The translations under genes and the position numbers were made by a program. The notes beneath the pieces were generated by a model. That model did not search any database, was not told where the DNA came from, and saw only the letters and a program-made list of their open reading frames with translations. A stretch of 64,000 nucleotides of DNA. Source: the human T2T-CHM13v2.0 reference genome, Homo sapiens. The DNA lies in the NCBI RefSeq assembly GCF_009914755.1, contig NC_060940.1; one strand, 5' to 3'. Shown here piece by piece: positions 29,301-44,039 of this stretch (the first letter of the stretch is position 1; each line of letters begins with the position of its first letter).

Positions 29301-32300
29301 TCGATTCCATTCATTGATGATTCCACCCAATTCCATTCGATGATGATTCCATTCGATTTCATTCAATTATTCTACTCGATTCCATTCAATGATGATTCAA
29401 TTCTATTCCGTTTGATGATTCCATTAGATTCCATTCTATGATGATTCCATTCGAGTCCATTCGAAGATTTCATTCGATTACATTCCATGACGATTCCATT
29501 CGAGTCCATTCGATGATTCCATTTGAATCCATTCGACGATGATTCCATTTGATGCTATTCGATGATTCCATTGGATTCCATTCGATGATGATTCCATTCG
29601 ACTTGATTTGATGTTTCTATTTGAGTCCTTTCGGTTATTTTATTAGACTACATTCGATGATGATTCCATTCGATGCCATTCAATGATTCCATTTGATTCC
29701 ACTTAATGATGATTGCATTCGTGTCCATTCGATGATTCCATTTGGTTCCATTTGATGATGATTCCATTCGAGTCCATTCGATGATACCATTCAATTCCAT
29801 TCGATGATCATTCCATTCGAATCCATTTGATGATTCCACTCAATTCCATTTGATGACTCCTTTCATTCCCATTCGATGATTCCCTTCAGTTCCAATTGGA
29901 TGATCTTTCCATTTGATTCAATATGGTGACTCCATTCTATTATATTCAATGATGATTCCATTCGACTCCATTAGATGATGACTCCATTCCATTCCATTCG
30001 ATTGTGATTTCATTCGATTCCATTCGAAGATGATTCCATTCGAGTCCATTTGATGATTCCATTCGATTCCATTCAATGATGATTCCACTCAAATCCATTG
30101 GATGATTCCATTCGTTTCCAATTGGTGATTTCATTAGATTCCATTCGAGGATGATTCTATTCCAGTCCATTCAATGATTCCTTTGGATTCCGTTTGATAA
30201 TGATTCCATTAGAGTTCATTCGATGATTCCCTTCGAGTCCATTCGATTATTTCTTTTGATTCCATTTGATGATGATTCCATTCGATTCCATTCAATGATT
30301 CCATTCCATTCCATTCGATGATGATTCCATTCGATAATGATTACATTCGAGCCCATTTGATGATTCCATTAGATTCTATTCAATGATGATTCCATTCGAC
30401 CACATTTGATGATGGCATTCGAGTCCATTCGATGATTTCACTCGATTCCACTTGATGATGATTCCTTTTGAGTCCATTTGATGATTACATTCGAGTCCAT
30501 GAGATGACTCCATTCGATTCCATTTCATGATGATGCAATTCGAGGCTATTCGATCATCCCATTTTAGTGCATTCGGTGATTCTCTTTTATTACATTCGAT
30601 GAGGGCTCCATTCGAGTCCATTCAATGATTCCATTAGATTCCACTCGATGATGATTCCATTTGAGTCCATTCAAAGATTCCTTTCGAGTCCATTCGATAA
30701 TTCTATTGGATTCCACTAGGTGATGATTCCTTTCGAGTCAATTCGATGATTCCTTTCAAGTGCCTTCAATGATTCCATTCGATTCCATTCGATGACGATT
30801 CATTTCAAGTCCATTCAATGGTTCCATTCTGTTGAATTTGATGGTTCCATTTGATTCCATTCGATGATGATTCCATTCGTGTCCATTGGATGATTCCATT
30901 CGATTCCTTTCGAGGAAGATTCCATTCGACTCCATTCGATGATTCCGTTCGATTCCATTCCATGATGATTCCATTTGATTCCATTCCATGATTCCATTCG
31001 ATACCATTCGATGATGATTCCATTCGACTCCATTTGATGAATCCATTCAATGCTTCCATTCGAGTCCATTCGATGATTCCATTCGATTCCATTCCATGAA
31101 GATTCCATTCGAGTACATTTGATGATTCCATTTAATTCCATAGGATGATGATTCTATTAGGGTCCGTTGACTATTCCATTCAATTCCATTCGAAGATTCC
31201 ATTCGAGTCCACTCGATGATTCTATTTGATTCCATTTGATAATTCCATTCGATTCCATTTGATGTTGATTCCATTCGAGTCCATTCGATCATTATTACAT
31301 TTGATTCTATTCGATGATTCCATTCGATTCCATTTGATGAGGATTCCATTCGAGACCATTTGATGATTCCATTCAATTCCATTGGATGATTCCAATATTT
31401 TCCATTAGATGATGATTCCATTCGATTCCATTCAATGATGATTCCATCAGAATCCATTCGATGATGACTCCTTTTGCTTCCATTCAATGATCATTACATT
31501 CGGTTCCATTCGATGATGATTCCTTTGGATTCCATTCGATGATGCTTCCATTCGATTCCATTTGATGATGATTCTTTTCGATTCCATTTGATGATGATTC
31601 CATTTGATTCCATTCGATGGTGATTCCATTTGATGATTCCATTCGATTGTATTCGATGATGATTCCACTCGATTCTATTTGATGATGACTGCATTCGATT
31701 CCATTTGATGATTCCATTTGATTCCATTCGATGATGATTCTGATCAATTGCATTCGATGATCCATTCGATTCCATTTGATGGTTCCATTTGATTCCATTT
31801 GATAATGATTCTTTTCGAGTCCATTCGATGATTCCATTTGCGGATATTCGATAATTCCATTTGAGTCCAACCGATGATTCCATTCGAGGCCATTGAATCA
31901 TTCTTTTTGAGTCCTTTCAATAAAGATTCCATTTTAGTCCATTCAATAATTCCACTGGAGTCCATTCGATGATTGCTTTTAATTCCATTCGATGATATTC
32001 CATTCGAGTCCATTCGATGATTCCATTCGTGGCTATTAGATGATGATTCCATTCATGACCATTTGGTGATTCCATTCGATTTCATTCGTTGATGATTCCA
32101 TTCGAGTCCATTCCATGATTCCATTCAAGTCCATTTGATGATTTCTTTGAATTCAATTCGATGATGATTCCATTCGAGTCCATTCGATGATTCCATTCAG
32201 TTCCATTCGATGATGATTCCTTTCGAGACCATATGATGATTCCATTTGATTTCATTCGATGATGATTCCATTCGATTCCATTCGATGATTCCATTCTATT

Positions 32301-35300
32301 CCATTCGATGACGATTCCATTCGAGTCCATTTAATGATTCCATTGGGTTCAATTCAATGATGATTACATTGGATTCTCTTCTATGATACCATTCAATTCC
32401 GTTCATTGACAATTTGATTCCATTCGATGATGATTCCATTTGAGTTCATTCGATGATTCTATTCGATTCTCTTCGATGGTGATTCAATTCTATTATATTG
32501 GATGATTCCATTCGATTCCATTTGATGTTGATTCAATTCGATTCTCTTCGATGATGATTCCATTGGATTTCATTTGATGATTCTATTCGATTCCATTCAA
32601 TGATGATTCACTTCTCGTCCATTGGATGATTCCATTTCATTCCATTCGATGATGATTCCATTCGATTCCATTCGATGATTCCATTTGATTCCATTCGACG
32701 GTGAGCAATTCGATTCAATTCCATGATGATTCTATTTGATTCAGTTAGATGATGTTTCCATTCGAATCCATTCCATGATTATTCCATTGGAATCCATTCG
32801 GCGATGATTCCATATGAGTCAATTCAATGATGATTCCATATGGGTCAGTTCGATGATAATTCCATTTGATTTCATTCGATGCTTCTATTCAATTCCAGTC
32901 GATGATGATTCCGTTGGAGTCCATACGATGACTCCATTTGATTTCATTTGATGATGATTCCATTCGATTCCATTCGATGACTCCATTCTGTTCCATTCGA
33001 TGATGATTCCATTCGAGTCCATTCGATGATTCCATTCGAGTCCATTTCATGATTCCATTGGGTTCAATTCGATGATGATTACACTGGATTCCATTCTATG
33101 ATTCCATTCAATTCCATTCGTTGATGATTCGATTCCATTCAATGATGATTCCATTCGATTCCATTCGGTGATTCCATTTGATTCCATTCGACGGTGAGCA
33201 ATTTGATTCAATTCTATAATGATTCTATTTGATTCAATTAGATGATGTTTCCATTCGAATCCATTCGATGATGATTCCATTGGTACCCATTCGACGATGA
33301 TTCCATATGAGTCAATTCGATGATGATTCCATACGAGTCCGTTGGATGATAATTCCATTTGATTTCATTCAATCCTTCTATTCGATTCCATTTGATGATG
33401 ATTCCATTTGAATCCATTCTCCGATTCCATTCGATTTCATTCGATGCTTCTATTTGATTTCATTCGAAGATGATACCTTTCAATTCCATTCATTAATTCC
33501 ATTTGATTCCATTCGATGATGATTCCATCCGATTCCATTGGATGATGATTCCATTCGAGTCCATTCGATGATTCCGTTCTAATCCATTCTATGATTCCAT
33601 TCGATTCCATTCAGTGATGATTCCATTTGATTCCATCTGATGATGATTTCATTTGATTCCATTCGATGATGATTCCATTGGAGTCCATTGAATGATTCAA
33701 TTCAATTCCATTCCATGTGGATTCCATTCGAATTCATTCGATTATTCCATTCAAATCCCTTCGTTGATTCCATCTGATTCCACTTGACGATGATTCCATT
33801 CAAGTCCAATCGATGATTCCATTAGGTTCCATTCAATGATTCCATTCGAGTCCATTTATGTATTATATTCGTGTCCACTTGATGATTCCATTCAATTCCA
33901 TTTAATGATGATTTCATTTGATTCCATTTGATGATTCAGTTCGATTCCTTACAATGATTCCCTACGATTCCTTTCTATGATGATTCCATTCGATTCCATT
34001 CATTGATGATTCCATTCGACTCCATTCAATGATGATTCCTTTCGATTCCATTTGACGATGTTTCCATTTGAGTCCATTCGATGATGATTCAATTCAGTTC
34101 TGTTCTATTATGAATCCATTCGATTTCATTCAATGCTATTTGATTCCATTCGACGATGATTCCATCTCTTTCCCTTCGATGATTCCATTTGATTCCATTC
34201 AGTGATGATTCCATTTGATTCCATCTGATGATGATTACATTCAATTCCATTCGAAGATGATTCCATTCAATTCCACTTGATGATGATTCCGTATGAATCC
34301 ATTCGCTGATTATTCCATTCGATTCCATTCATTGACGATTCCATTCGATTCCATTCAATGATGATTCTCTTCTATTCCATTCGATGATTCCGGTCGATTC
34401 CATTCGATGATGATTCCATTAGATTCCATTCGATTGTTGCATTCGATTCCCTTCGATGATGATTCCTTTGAATTCCATTCGATTATGATTCCGTATGAAT
34501 CCATTTGATGATTATTCCATTGGATTCCTTTCGATGATGAATCCATTCGATTCCATTTGATGATGTTTCTCATGTATTCCATTTGATAATTCCTTTCAAT
34601 TCCCTTCGATGATGATTCTTTCGAGTCAATTCGATGATTCTATTCCATTCCCTTCGATGATGATTCCATTTCACTCCATTCGATGATTCCATTCGATTCA
34701 ATTTGGTGATGATTCAATTCGATGACATTCGATGACTCCATTCAATTTCATTTGATGATGATTACATTCGAGTCCATTTGATGATTGTATTCCTTTCCTT
34801 TTGATGATTATTCCATTCGTGTCTATTCAAAGATTCCATTCTATTCCATTCAATGATGATTCCAATTGATTCCATTCAATGATTATGGCTATCGATTCCA
34901 CTCGTTGATTCCATTTGATTCCATTCGATGATTATTCCGTTAGATTCCATTAGGAGATTCCATTCGATTTTATTCAATGATTCCAATTGATTCCATTCAA
35001 TGATGATTCCATTCGACTCCGTTCAGTGATTCCATTTGAGTCCATTTGAGGATTCCATTCGAGTCCATTTGATGATTCCATTCTTTTCCATTTGATGATG
35101 ATTCCATTAGGGTCCATTCAATGATTCCATTCGAGTCCATTCGTTAATGCCTTTCGAGTCCTTTTGATCACTACATTCGAGTCCATTCAATGATTCTATT
35201 CGATTCCATTCCATGATGATTCCATTCGAGTTCATTCGATGATTGCATTCGAGTCCATTTGATGATTCCATATGATTCCATTCGACAATGATTCCATTCG

Positions 35301-35502
35301 TGTCCATTTGATGATTCCATTCATTTCCTATCGATGAAGATTCCATTCGAGTGTATTCGATGATTCCATTCAAATCCATTCGATGATGATTCCATTCCAG
35401 TCCATTCGATCATTCCACTTGATTCCATTTGATGACTATTCCATTCAAATCCATTTGATGATTCCATTCGATTCCATTCGATGTTACCATTCCAGTATAT
35501 AC
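29301..35502 (+). repeat. Diverged/mosaic HSat2 island (~6.2 kb), ending in segment X copy 3 (33846-35502)
   Basis: Same basic motif but many words seen only here (GAGGGCTCC, GACCACATTTG, CCACTAGG, GCGGATATTCG, GGTACC at 33282). About 32.2-32.95 kb matches the standard unit, and 33846-35502 matches 1-1833. Confidence 0.82.
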
Positions 35503-38500
35503 GATGATTCCACTCGATTCCATTTGATGATTATTCCATTGGAGTCCACTTAGTGAATCCTTTAGATTCTACTCGAAGATGATTCCATTCGAGTCCATTC
35601 GATGATACCATTCAATTCCATTCGTTGATGCTTCCATTCAAGTGCATTCGATGATATCATTCGATTCCATTTGATGATAATGCCATTTGATTCCATGGGA
35701 TGATTCTATTCCATTCCATTCAATGATAATTCCATTCAATTCAGTGATTCCTCTGGACTCCATTTGATGATGATTCCATTCAATGATTCCATTCGATTCT
35801 ATTCGAAAATGATTCCATTTGAATCCATTTGATGATGATTCCATTAGATTCCATTTGATGATTCCATTCGATTCCATTCAACGATGATACCATTCGATTC
35901 CATTTGATGATTCCATTCTATTCTATTCGATGATGATTCCATTTGATTCCATTCGATGATGATTGGATTTGATTCCATTTGATGATTTCATTTGATTCCA
36001 TTTGATGATGATTTCGATCAATTCCATTCGATGATTCCATTCGATTCCATTCGATAATGATTACATCCGAGTCCATTCGATGATTCCATTTGAGCCTGTT
36101 CGATAATTCCATTTGAGTCCAATCAATGATTCCATTCATTTCCATTCAATGATTCCATTCGAGTCCATTTGATCATTCCGGTAGGGTCCGTTCGATGTTG
36201 ATTCCATTGGAGTGCATTCGATGATTCCATTCTAGTCCATTTTAGAATTTGATTCGAGTCCTTCCGATGATTCCATTCGATTCCACTCGATGCGATGATG
36301 ATTTCATTCGAGTCCATTCGACACTTCCAATCGATTCCATTTGATGTTTCCATTCGAGTCCAATTGATGATTCCATTCAATTCCATTCGATGATGATTCC
36401 ATACGATTCCATTCTGTGATGATTCCATGTGATTGCATTCAATGATGATTCCTTTCGATTGCATTCGATTATGATTCATTTCGTGTTCATTCTATGGTTC
36501 CACAGGTTTCCATTCGTGTCCATTCCATTATTCCATTCTATTCCATTTGATGATGATTCCATTCGATTCCATTCGTTGGTGATTCCACTCAATTCCATTC
36601 AATGATTCCATTCCATTTCTTTCAACAATGATTCCATTAGTTTCTAATCGATGATCAACTTGATTCCATTTGACGATGATTCCATTCTTGTCCATTCGAT
36701 GATTCCATTTGATTCCATATGAAGATGATTCCATTCGATTCCATACGATGATGATTCCATTCGAGTCCATTCAATGGTGATTCCATTCAATTCCATTCGG
36801 TGATTCCTTTCGATTCCATTTGATGATGATGGCATTCGATTCCTTTCAATCATTCCCTTTGATTCCACTCAAAGGTGATTTCATTCAAGTCCATTCGATA
36901 ATTGCATTCGATTCCATTCTATGATGATTCCATTGGAGTCCATTTGATGATTCCATTCAATTCAAGTCAATGATGATTCCATTCGTTTCCATTCGATGAT
37001 TCCATTGGATTCCATTCGATGATGATTCCATTCAAATCCATTCAATAATTCAAATCACGTCCATTCGATGATGATTCCAATCGAATCCATTCAAAGATTC
37101 CATTCAATTCCATTCGATGATTCCCTTAGATTCCATTCGATGATTCCACTTGATTCCATTTACGATGATTCCATTCGATTCCATGTGATGATTCCATTCA
37201 ATTCTATTCAATGATGTTTCCATTTGATTCCATTCGACCATGATTGCCTTTGATTCCATTCAATGATTCCATTCGGTTCCGTTTGATGATGATTCCGTTC
37301 GATTCCATTTGATGATTTCATTTGATTCCATTGGATGAGTCCATTCTATTACATTCGATGATTATTCCATTCGAGTGCATTAGATGATTCCATTCGAGTC
37401 CATTCGATGATTCCATTCGAGTCCACTCGATGATTCCATTCGATTCCATTCGATGTTGATTCTGTTCAAATCCATTCGATGATTCCACTCGATTCCACTC
37501 GATGACTCCATTTGATCCCATTCGATGATTTCCTTTGATTCCCTTTGATGATCATTCCATTTGATTCAATTCGGTGATTTCATTGGATTCCATTCAGTGA
37601 TGTTTCCATTCGACTCCATTCGATGATGATTCCATTCGACTCCATTCGTTTATGATTTCATTCAATTCCATTCGATAATGATTCCCTTCGAGTCCATTCA
37701 ATGATTCCATTCGATTCCATTCAACGATGATTTGATTCGTGTCCATTCGATGATTCCATTTGATTCCACTTGATGATGATTCCATTCGAGTCCATTTGAT
37801 GATTCCATTCAATTCCATTCTCCGATGATTTCTTTTGAGCCCATTCAATGCTTCCACTCGATTCCATATGATGACTCCATTTGATGAAATCGGATGATGA
37901 TTCCATTCGCTTGCATTCGATGATGATTCCACTTGAGTCCGTTAGAAGATTCTATTCAATTACATTCCTTGACGATTCCGTTCGAGTCCATTGGATGATT
38001 CCATTAGACTCCATTCGACGATGATTCCATTCGATGTTATTCGATGATTCCATTTGATCTCATTCGATGATGATTCCATTCAACTCCATTCGATGTTTCC
38101 ATACGAGTTCATTCTATTATTCCATTAGATTCCATTCGATGATGATTCCAATCGATTCCCTTTGATGATTGCATTCTACTTCATTTGATGATGATTCCAT
38201 TCGAGTCCATTCGATGATTCCACTCGTTTCCATTCCATGATGATTCCATTCCATTCCATTCAATGATTCCATTCGATTCCGTTTGATGATGATTTCATTC
38301 GAGTCCATTTGATGATTCCATTTGATTCCATTCGATGATGATTCCATTCGAGTCCATTCGATGATTCTATTCGAATCCATTTGATGATTTCTTTTGATTA
38401 TATTTGGTGATGATTCCATTGGAGTCCATTCAATGATTCCGTTCGATTCCAATAGATGATGATTCCATTAGAGTCCATTTAATGATTCCATTTGATTCCA

Positions 38501-41144
38501 GTCTCTGATGATTACATTCGAGTCCATACGATGATTCCACTCAATTCCATATGATGATGATTCCATTCGATTCCGTTCGATGATTCCATTCTATTCTATT
38601 CAATGGTGATTCCATTCGAGTACATTAGATGATTCCATTCGATTCCATTCAATGATGATTCTATTTGTGTCCCTTAGATGATTCCACATGATTCCATTAG
38701 ATGATGATACTATTTGAGCCCATCCAATGATTCCTTTCGATTCCATTCGATGAGGATTCCATTCGATTGAATTCATTGGTGATTCTATTCAATTCAATTC
38801 TTTGATTCCATTGCATTCCATTCGACAATGATTCCATTCGATTTCTTTCGATGATTCCACTCGATTCCACTTGACATTGATTCCATTCGATTCCATTCAA
38901 TGATTCCATTTGATTCCAGTGGATGATGATTGCCATCGATTCCATTCGATCACTCCATTCTATTCCATTTGATGATGATTACATTCGATTCCATTTGATG
39001 ATTCCATCTGATTCTATTCGAGGATTCCATTTGATTCCATTCGATGATGATTCCATTCGAGTCCATTTGATGATTCCATTTGATTCCATTTGATAATGAT
39101 TCTTCTAGAGTCCATTCAATGACTCCATTCGAGTCCATTCAACAATTCCATTCGACTCCATTCGATGATTCCATTCGATTCCATTTGATGATTCCATTCG
39201 AGTCCATTTAATCATTACAGTCGAGTCCATTTGGTGATTCCACTGTTATTCTTTTGATAATGATACCATTCAATTACATTTGATGATGATCCCATTCAAT
39301 TTCATTTGATGATGATTCCCTTAGAGTCCATTCGATGATTTCATCCGAGTCCTTTCATTCATTCCATCCGATTTCATTTGATGATGACTCCATTCGTGTC
39401 CATTCGATGACTCCACTCGATTCCATTAGATGATTCCATTGGAGTCCATTTCATTGTTCCATTCGATTCCATTCGATTCGTTTCCAAGATTATTCCATTT
39501 GAGTCCATTCGATGATGATTCCATTCCATTCCATTCGATGATTCCGTTTGATTCCATTCGATGATTCCATTCGATTCCTTTCTTTGATGATTCCATTCCA
39601 TTCCATTCAATGATTCCATTCGAATCTATTCCATGATGATTCCTTTCGATTCCATTCGCTGATGTATCCGTTCAATTCCATTCGATGATGATTCCATTCG
39701 ATTCCATTCATTGAGGATTCCATTTGATTCCATTCAATGATGATTCCATTCTGTTCCATTCAATGATTGCATTCAATTCCATTCAATGATTATCCCATTA
39801 GAGTAAACTCAACTATTCCATTCAATACCATTCGATGATGATTCCTTTTGAGTCCATTCAATGATTTCATTCAAGTCCATTTGATGATTCCTTTCAATTC
39901 CATTCTATGATGATTCCATTCGAGTCCATTCGATGATTCCATTCGATTGCATTCGATGACTCCATTATATTCCATTCAACGGTGATTCCATTCGAGTCCA
40001 TTCGATGATTCTATTAGAGTACATTTAATGATTGCTTTGTTTTCAATTCGAAGATGATTACATTGGATTCCATTCTATGATACCATTCGATTCCATTCAA
40101 TGATGATTCCACTCAAATCCATTGGATGATTCCATTCGTGTCCATTCGGTGATTTCATTAGATTCCATTAGAGGATGATTCCTTTCGATTCCTTTCGATG
40201 ATTCCATTCAATTCCATTTGATGATGATTCCATTCCAGTCCATATGATCAGTCCATTTGATTTCATTCGATGATGATTCCATTCGATTCCATTCGATGAT
40301 TCCATTCTATTCCATTCGATGATGATTCCATTCGAGTCCATTCGATGATTCCATTCGAGTCCATTTAATGATTCCATTGGGTTCAATTCAATGATGATTA
40401 CATTGGATTCCGTTCTATGATTCCATTCAATTCCGTTCATTGACAATTTGATTCCATTCGATGATGATTCCATTTGAGTTCATTCGATGATTCTATTCGA
40501 TTCTCTTCGATGGTGATTCAATTCTATTATATTGGATGATTCCATTCGATTCCATTTGATGTTGATTCAATTCGATTCTATTCGATGATGATTCCATTGG
40601 ATTTCACTTGATGATTCTATTCGATTCCATTCAATGATGATTCACTTCTCGTCCATTGGATGATTCCATTTCATTCCATTCGATGATGATTCCTTTCGAT
40701 TCCATTCGACGATTCCATTTGATTCCATTCGACGGTGAGCAATTCGATTCAATTCCATGATGATCCTATTTGATTCAATTAGATGATGTTTCCATTCGAA
40801 TCCATTCCATGATTATTCCATTGGAATCCATTCGGCGATGATTCCATATGAGTCAATTCAATGATGATTCCATATGGGTCCGTTCGATGATAATTCCATT
40901 TGATTTCATTCGATGCTTCTATTCTATTCCAGTCGATGATGATTCCGTTGGAGTCCATACGATGATTCCATTTGATTTCATTTGATGATGATTCCATTCG
41001 ATGATGATTACATTGGATTCCATTCTATGATTCCATTCAATTCCATTCGTTGATGATTCGATTCCATTCAATGATGATTCCATTTGAGTTCATTCGATGA
41101 TTCTCTTCGATTCCGTTCGATGGTGATTCAATTCTCTTATATTG
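35503..41144 (+). repeat. 6.1 kb-type unit (5642 bp) with ~449-bp and 46-bp deletions
   Basis: The offset to the 24-29 kb unit drops by 449 at ~38215 and by 46 at ~39060. Confidence 0.82.
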
Positions 41145-44039
41145 GATGATTCCACTCGATTCCATTTGATGATTATTCCATTGGAGTCCACTTAGTGAAT
41201 CCTTTAGATTCTACTCGAAGATGATTCCATTCGAGTCCATTCGATGATACCGTTCAATTCCATTCGTTGATGCTTCCATTCAAGTGCATTCGATGATATC
41301 ATTCGATTCCATTTGATGATAATTCCATTTGATTCCATGCGATGATTCTATTCGATTCCATTCAATGATAATTCCATTCAATTCAGTGATTCCTCTGGAC
41401 TCCATTTGATGATGATTCCATTCAATGATTCCATTCGATTCTATTCGAAAATGATTCCATTTGAATCCATTTGACGATGATTCCATTCGATTCCATTTGA
41501 TGATTCCATTCTATTCTATTCGATGATGATTCCATTCGATTCCATTCGATGATGATTGGATTCGATTCCATTTGATGATTTCATTTGATTCCATTCGTTA
41601 ATGCTTTCGATCAATTCCATTCGATGATTCCATTCGATTCCATTCGATAATGATTACATCCGAGTCCATTCGATGATTCCATTTGAGCCTGTTCGATAAT
41701 TCCATTTGAGTCCAATCAATGATTCCATTCATTTCCATTCAATGATTCCATTCGAGTCCATTTGATCATTCCGGTAGGGTCCATTCGATGTTGATTCCAT
41801 TGGAGTGCATTCGATGATTCCATTCGAGTCCATTTTATGATTTGATTCGAGTCCTTTCGATGATTCCATTCGATTCCACTCGATGATGATTTCATTCGAG
41901 TCCATTAGACACTTCCAATCGATTCCATTTGATGATTCCATTCGAGTCCAATTGATGATTCCATCTGATTCCATTTGATTATGATTCTACTAGAGTCCAT
42001 TGAATGACTCCATTCGAGTCCATTCAACAATTCCATTCGACTCCATTCGATGATTCCATTCGATTCCATTTGATGATTCCATTTGAGCCCATTTAATCAT
42101 TACAGTCGAGTCCATGTGGTGATTCCACTGGATTTCTTTTGATAATGATACCATTCAATTACATTTGATGATGATCCCATTCAATTTCATTTGATGATGA
42201 TTCCATTAGAGTCCATTCGATGATTTCATTCGAGTCCCTTCATTGATTCCATCCGATTTCATTTCATGATGACTCCATTCGAGTCCATTCGATGATTCCA
42301 CTCGATTCCATTAGATGATTCCATTGGAGTCCATTTGATTGTTCCATTCGATTCCATTCGATTCCTTTCGAAGATTATTCCATTTGAGTCCATTCGATGA
42401 TGATTCCATTCCATTCCATTCGATGATTCCGTTTGATTCCATTCGATGATTCCCTTCGATTCCTTTCTTTGATGATTCCATTCCATTCCATTCAATGATT
42501 CCATTCGAATCTATTCCATGATGATTCCTTTCGATTCCATTCGCTGATGTTTCCGTTCAATTCCATTCGATGATGATTCCATTCGATTCCATTCATTGAG
42601 GATTCCATTTGATTCCATTCAATGATGATTCCATTCTATTCCATTCAATGATTGCATTCAATTCCATTCAATGATCATCCGCTTAGAGTAAACTCAACGA
42701 TTCCATTCAATACCATTCGATGATGATTCCTTTTGAGTCCATTCAATGATTTCATTCAAGTCCATTTGATGATTCCTTTCAATTCCATTCTATGATGATT
42801 CCATTCGAGTCCATTCGATGATTCCATTCGATTGCATTCGATGATTCCATTATATTCCATTCAACGATGATTCCATTCGAGTCCATTCGATGATTCCATT
42901 AGAGTACATTTAATGATTGCTTTGTTTTCAATTCGAAGATGATTACATTGGATTCCATTCTATGATACCATTCGATTCCATTCAATGATGATTCCACTCA
43001 AATCCATTGGATGAGTCCATTCGTGTCCATTCGGTGATTTCATTAGATTCCATTCGAGGATGATTCCATTCGATTCCATTCGATGATTCCATTCAATTCC
43101 ATTCGATGATGATTCCATTCGAGTCCATATGATCATTCCATTTGATTTCATTCGATGATGATTCCATTCGATTCCATTCGATGATTCCATTCTATTCCAT
43201 TCGATGATGATTCCATTCGAGTCCATTCGATGATTCCATTCGAGTCCATTTAATGATTCCATTGGGTTCAATTCAATGATGATTACATTGGATTCCGTTC
43301 TATGATTCCATTAAATTCCGTTCATTGACAATTTGATTCCATTCGATGAAGATTCCATTTGAGTTCATTCGATGATTCTATTCGATTCTCTTCGATGGTG
43401 ATTCAATTCTATTATATTGGATGATTCCATTCGATTCCATTTGATGTTGATTCAATTCGATTCTATTCGATGATGATTCCATTGGATTTCACTTGATGAT
43501 TCTATTCGATTCCATTCAATGATGATTCACTTCTCGTCCATTGGATGATTCCATTTCATTCCATTTGATGATGATTCCGTTCGATTCCATTCGATGATTC
43601 CATTTGATTCCATTCGACGGTGAGCAATTCGATTCAATTCCATGATGATTCTATTTGATTCAATTAGATGATGTTTCCATTCGAATCCATTCCATGATTA
43701 TTCCATTGGAATCCATTCGGCGATGATTCCATATGAGTCAATTCAATGATGATTCGATATGGGTCCGTTCGATGATAATTCCATTTGATTTCATTCGATG
43801 CTTCTATTCAATTCCAGTCGATGATGATTCCGTTGGAGTCCGCACGATGATTCCATTTGATTTCATTTGATGATGATTCCATTCGATTCCATTCGATGAT
43901 GATTACATTGGATTCCATTCTATGATTCCATTCAATTCCATTCGTTGATGATTCGATTCCATTCAATGATTATTCCATTTGAGTTCATTCGATGATTCTA
44001 TTCGATTCCGTTTGATTGTGATTCAATTCTATTATATTG
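41145..44039 (+). repeat. Half-length unit (2895 bp) with ~3.18 kb internal deletion
   Basis: GGTAGGGTCC at 41773 and 44717. At ~41965 GAGTCCAATTGATG is followed almost directly by ATTATGATTCTACTAGAG. Confidence 0.85.

Noticed and set aside
824-34475. GAATTC sites apparently confined to segment X and the island (824, 10807, 32149, 33730, 34470)
   Set aside because: These may be useful as markers, but I cannot exhaustively confirm their absence elsewhere by eye, and they imply no function.
29301-35502. Possible transposon or foreign insertion
   Set aside because: The sequence remains CATTC-type satellite throughout. I saw no poly(A), target-site duplication, terminal repeats or Alu/L1 similarity.
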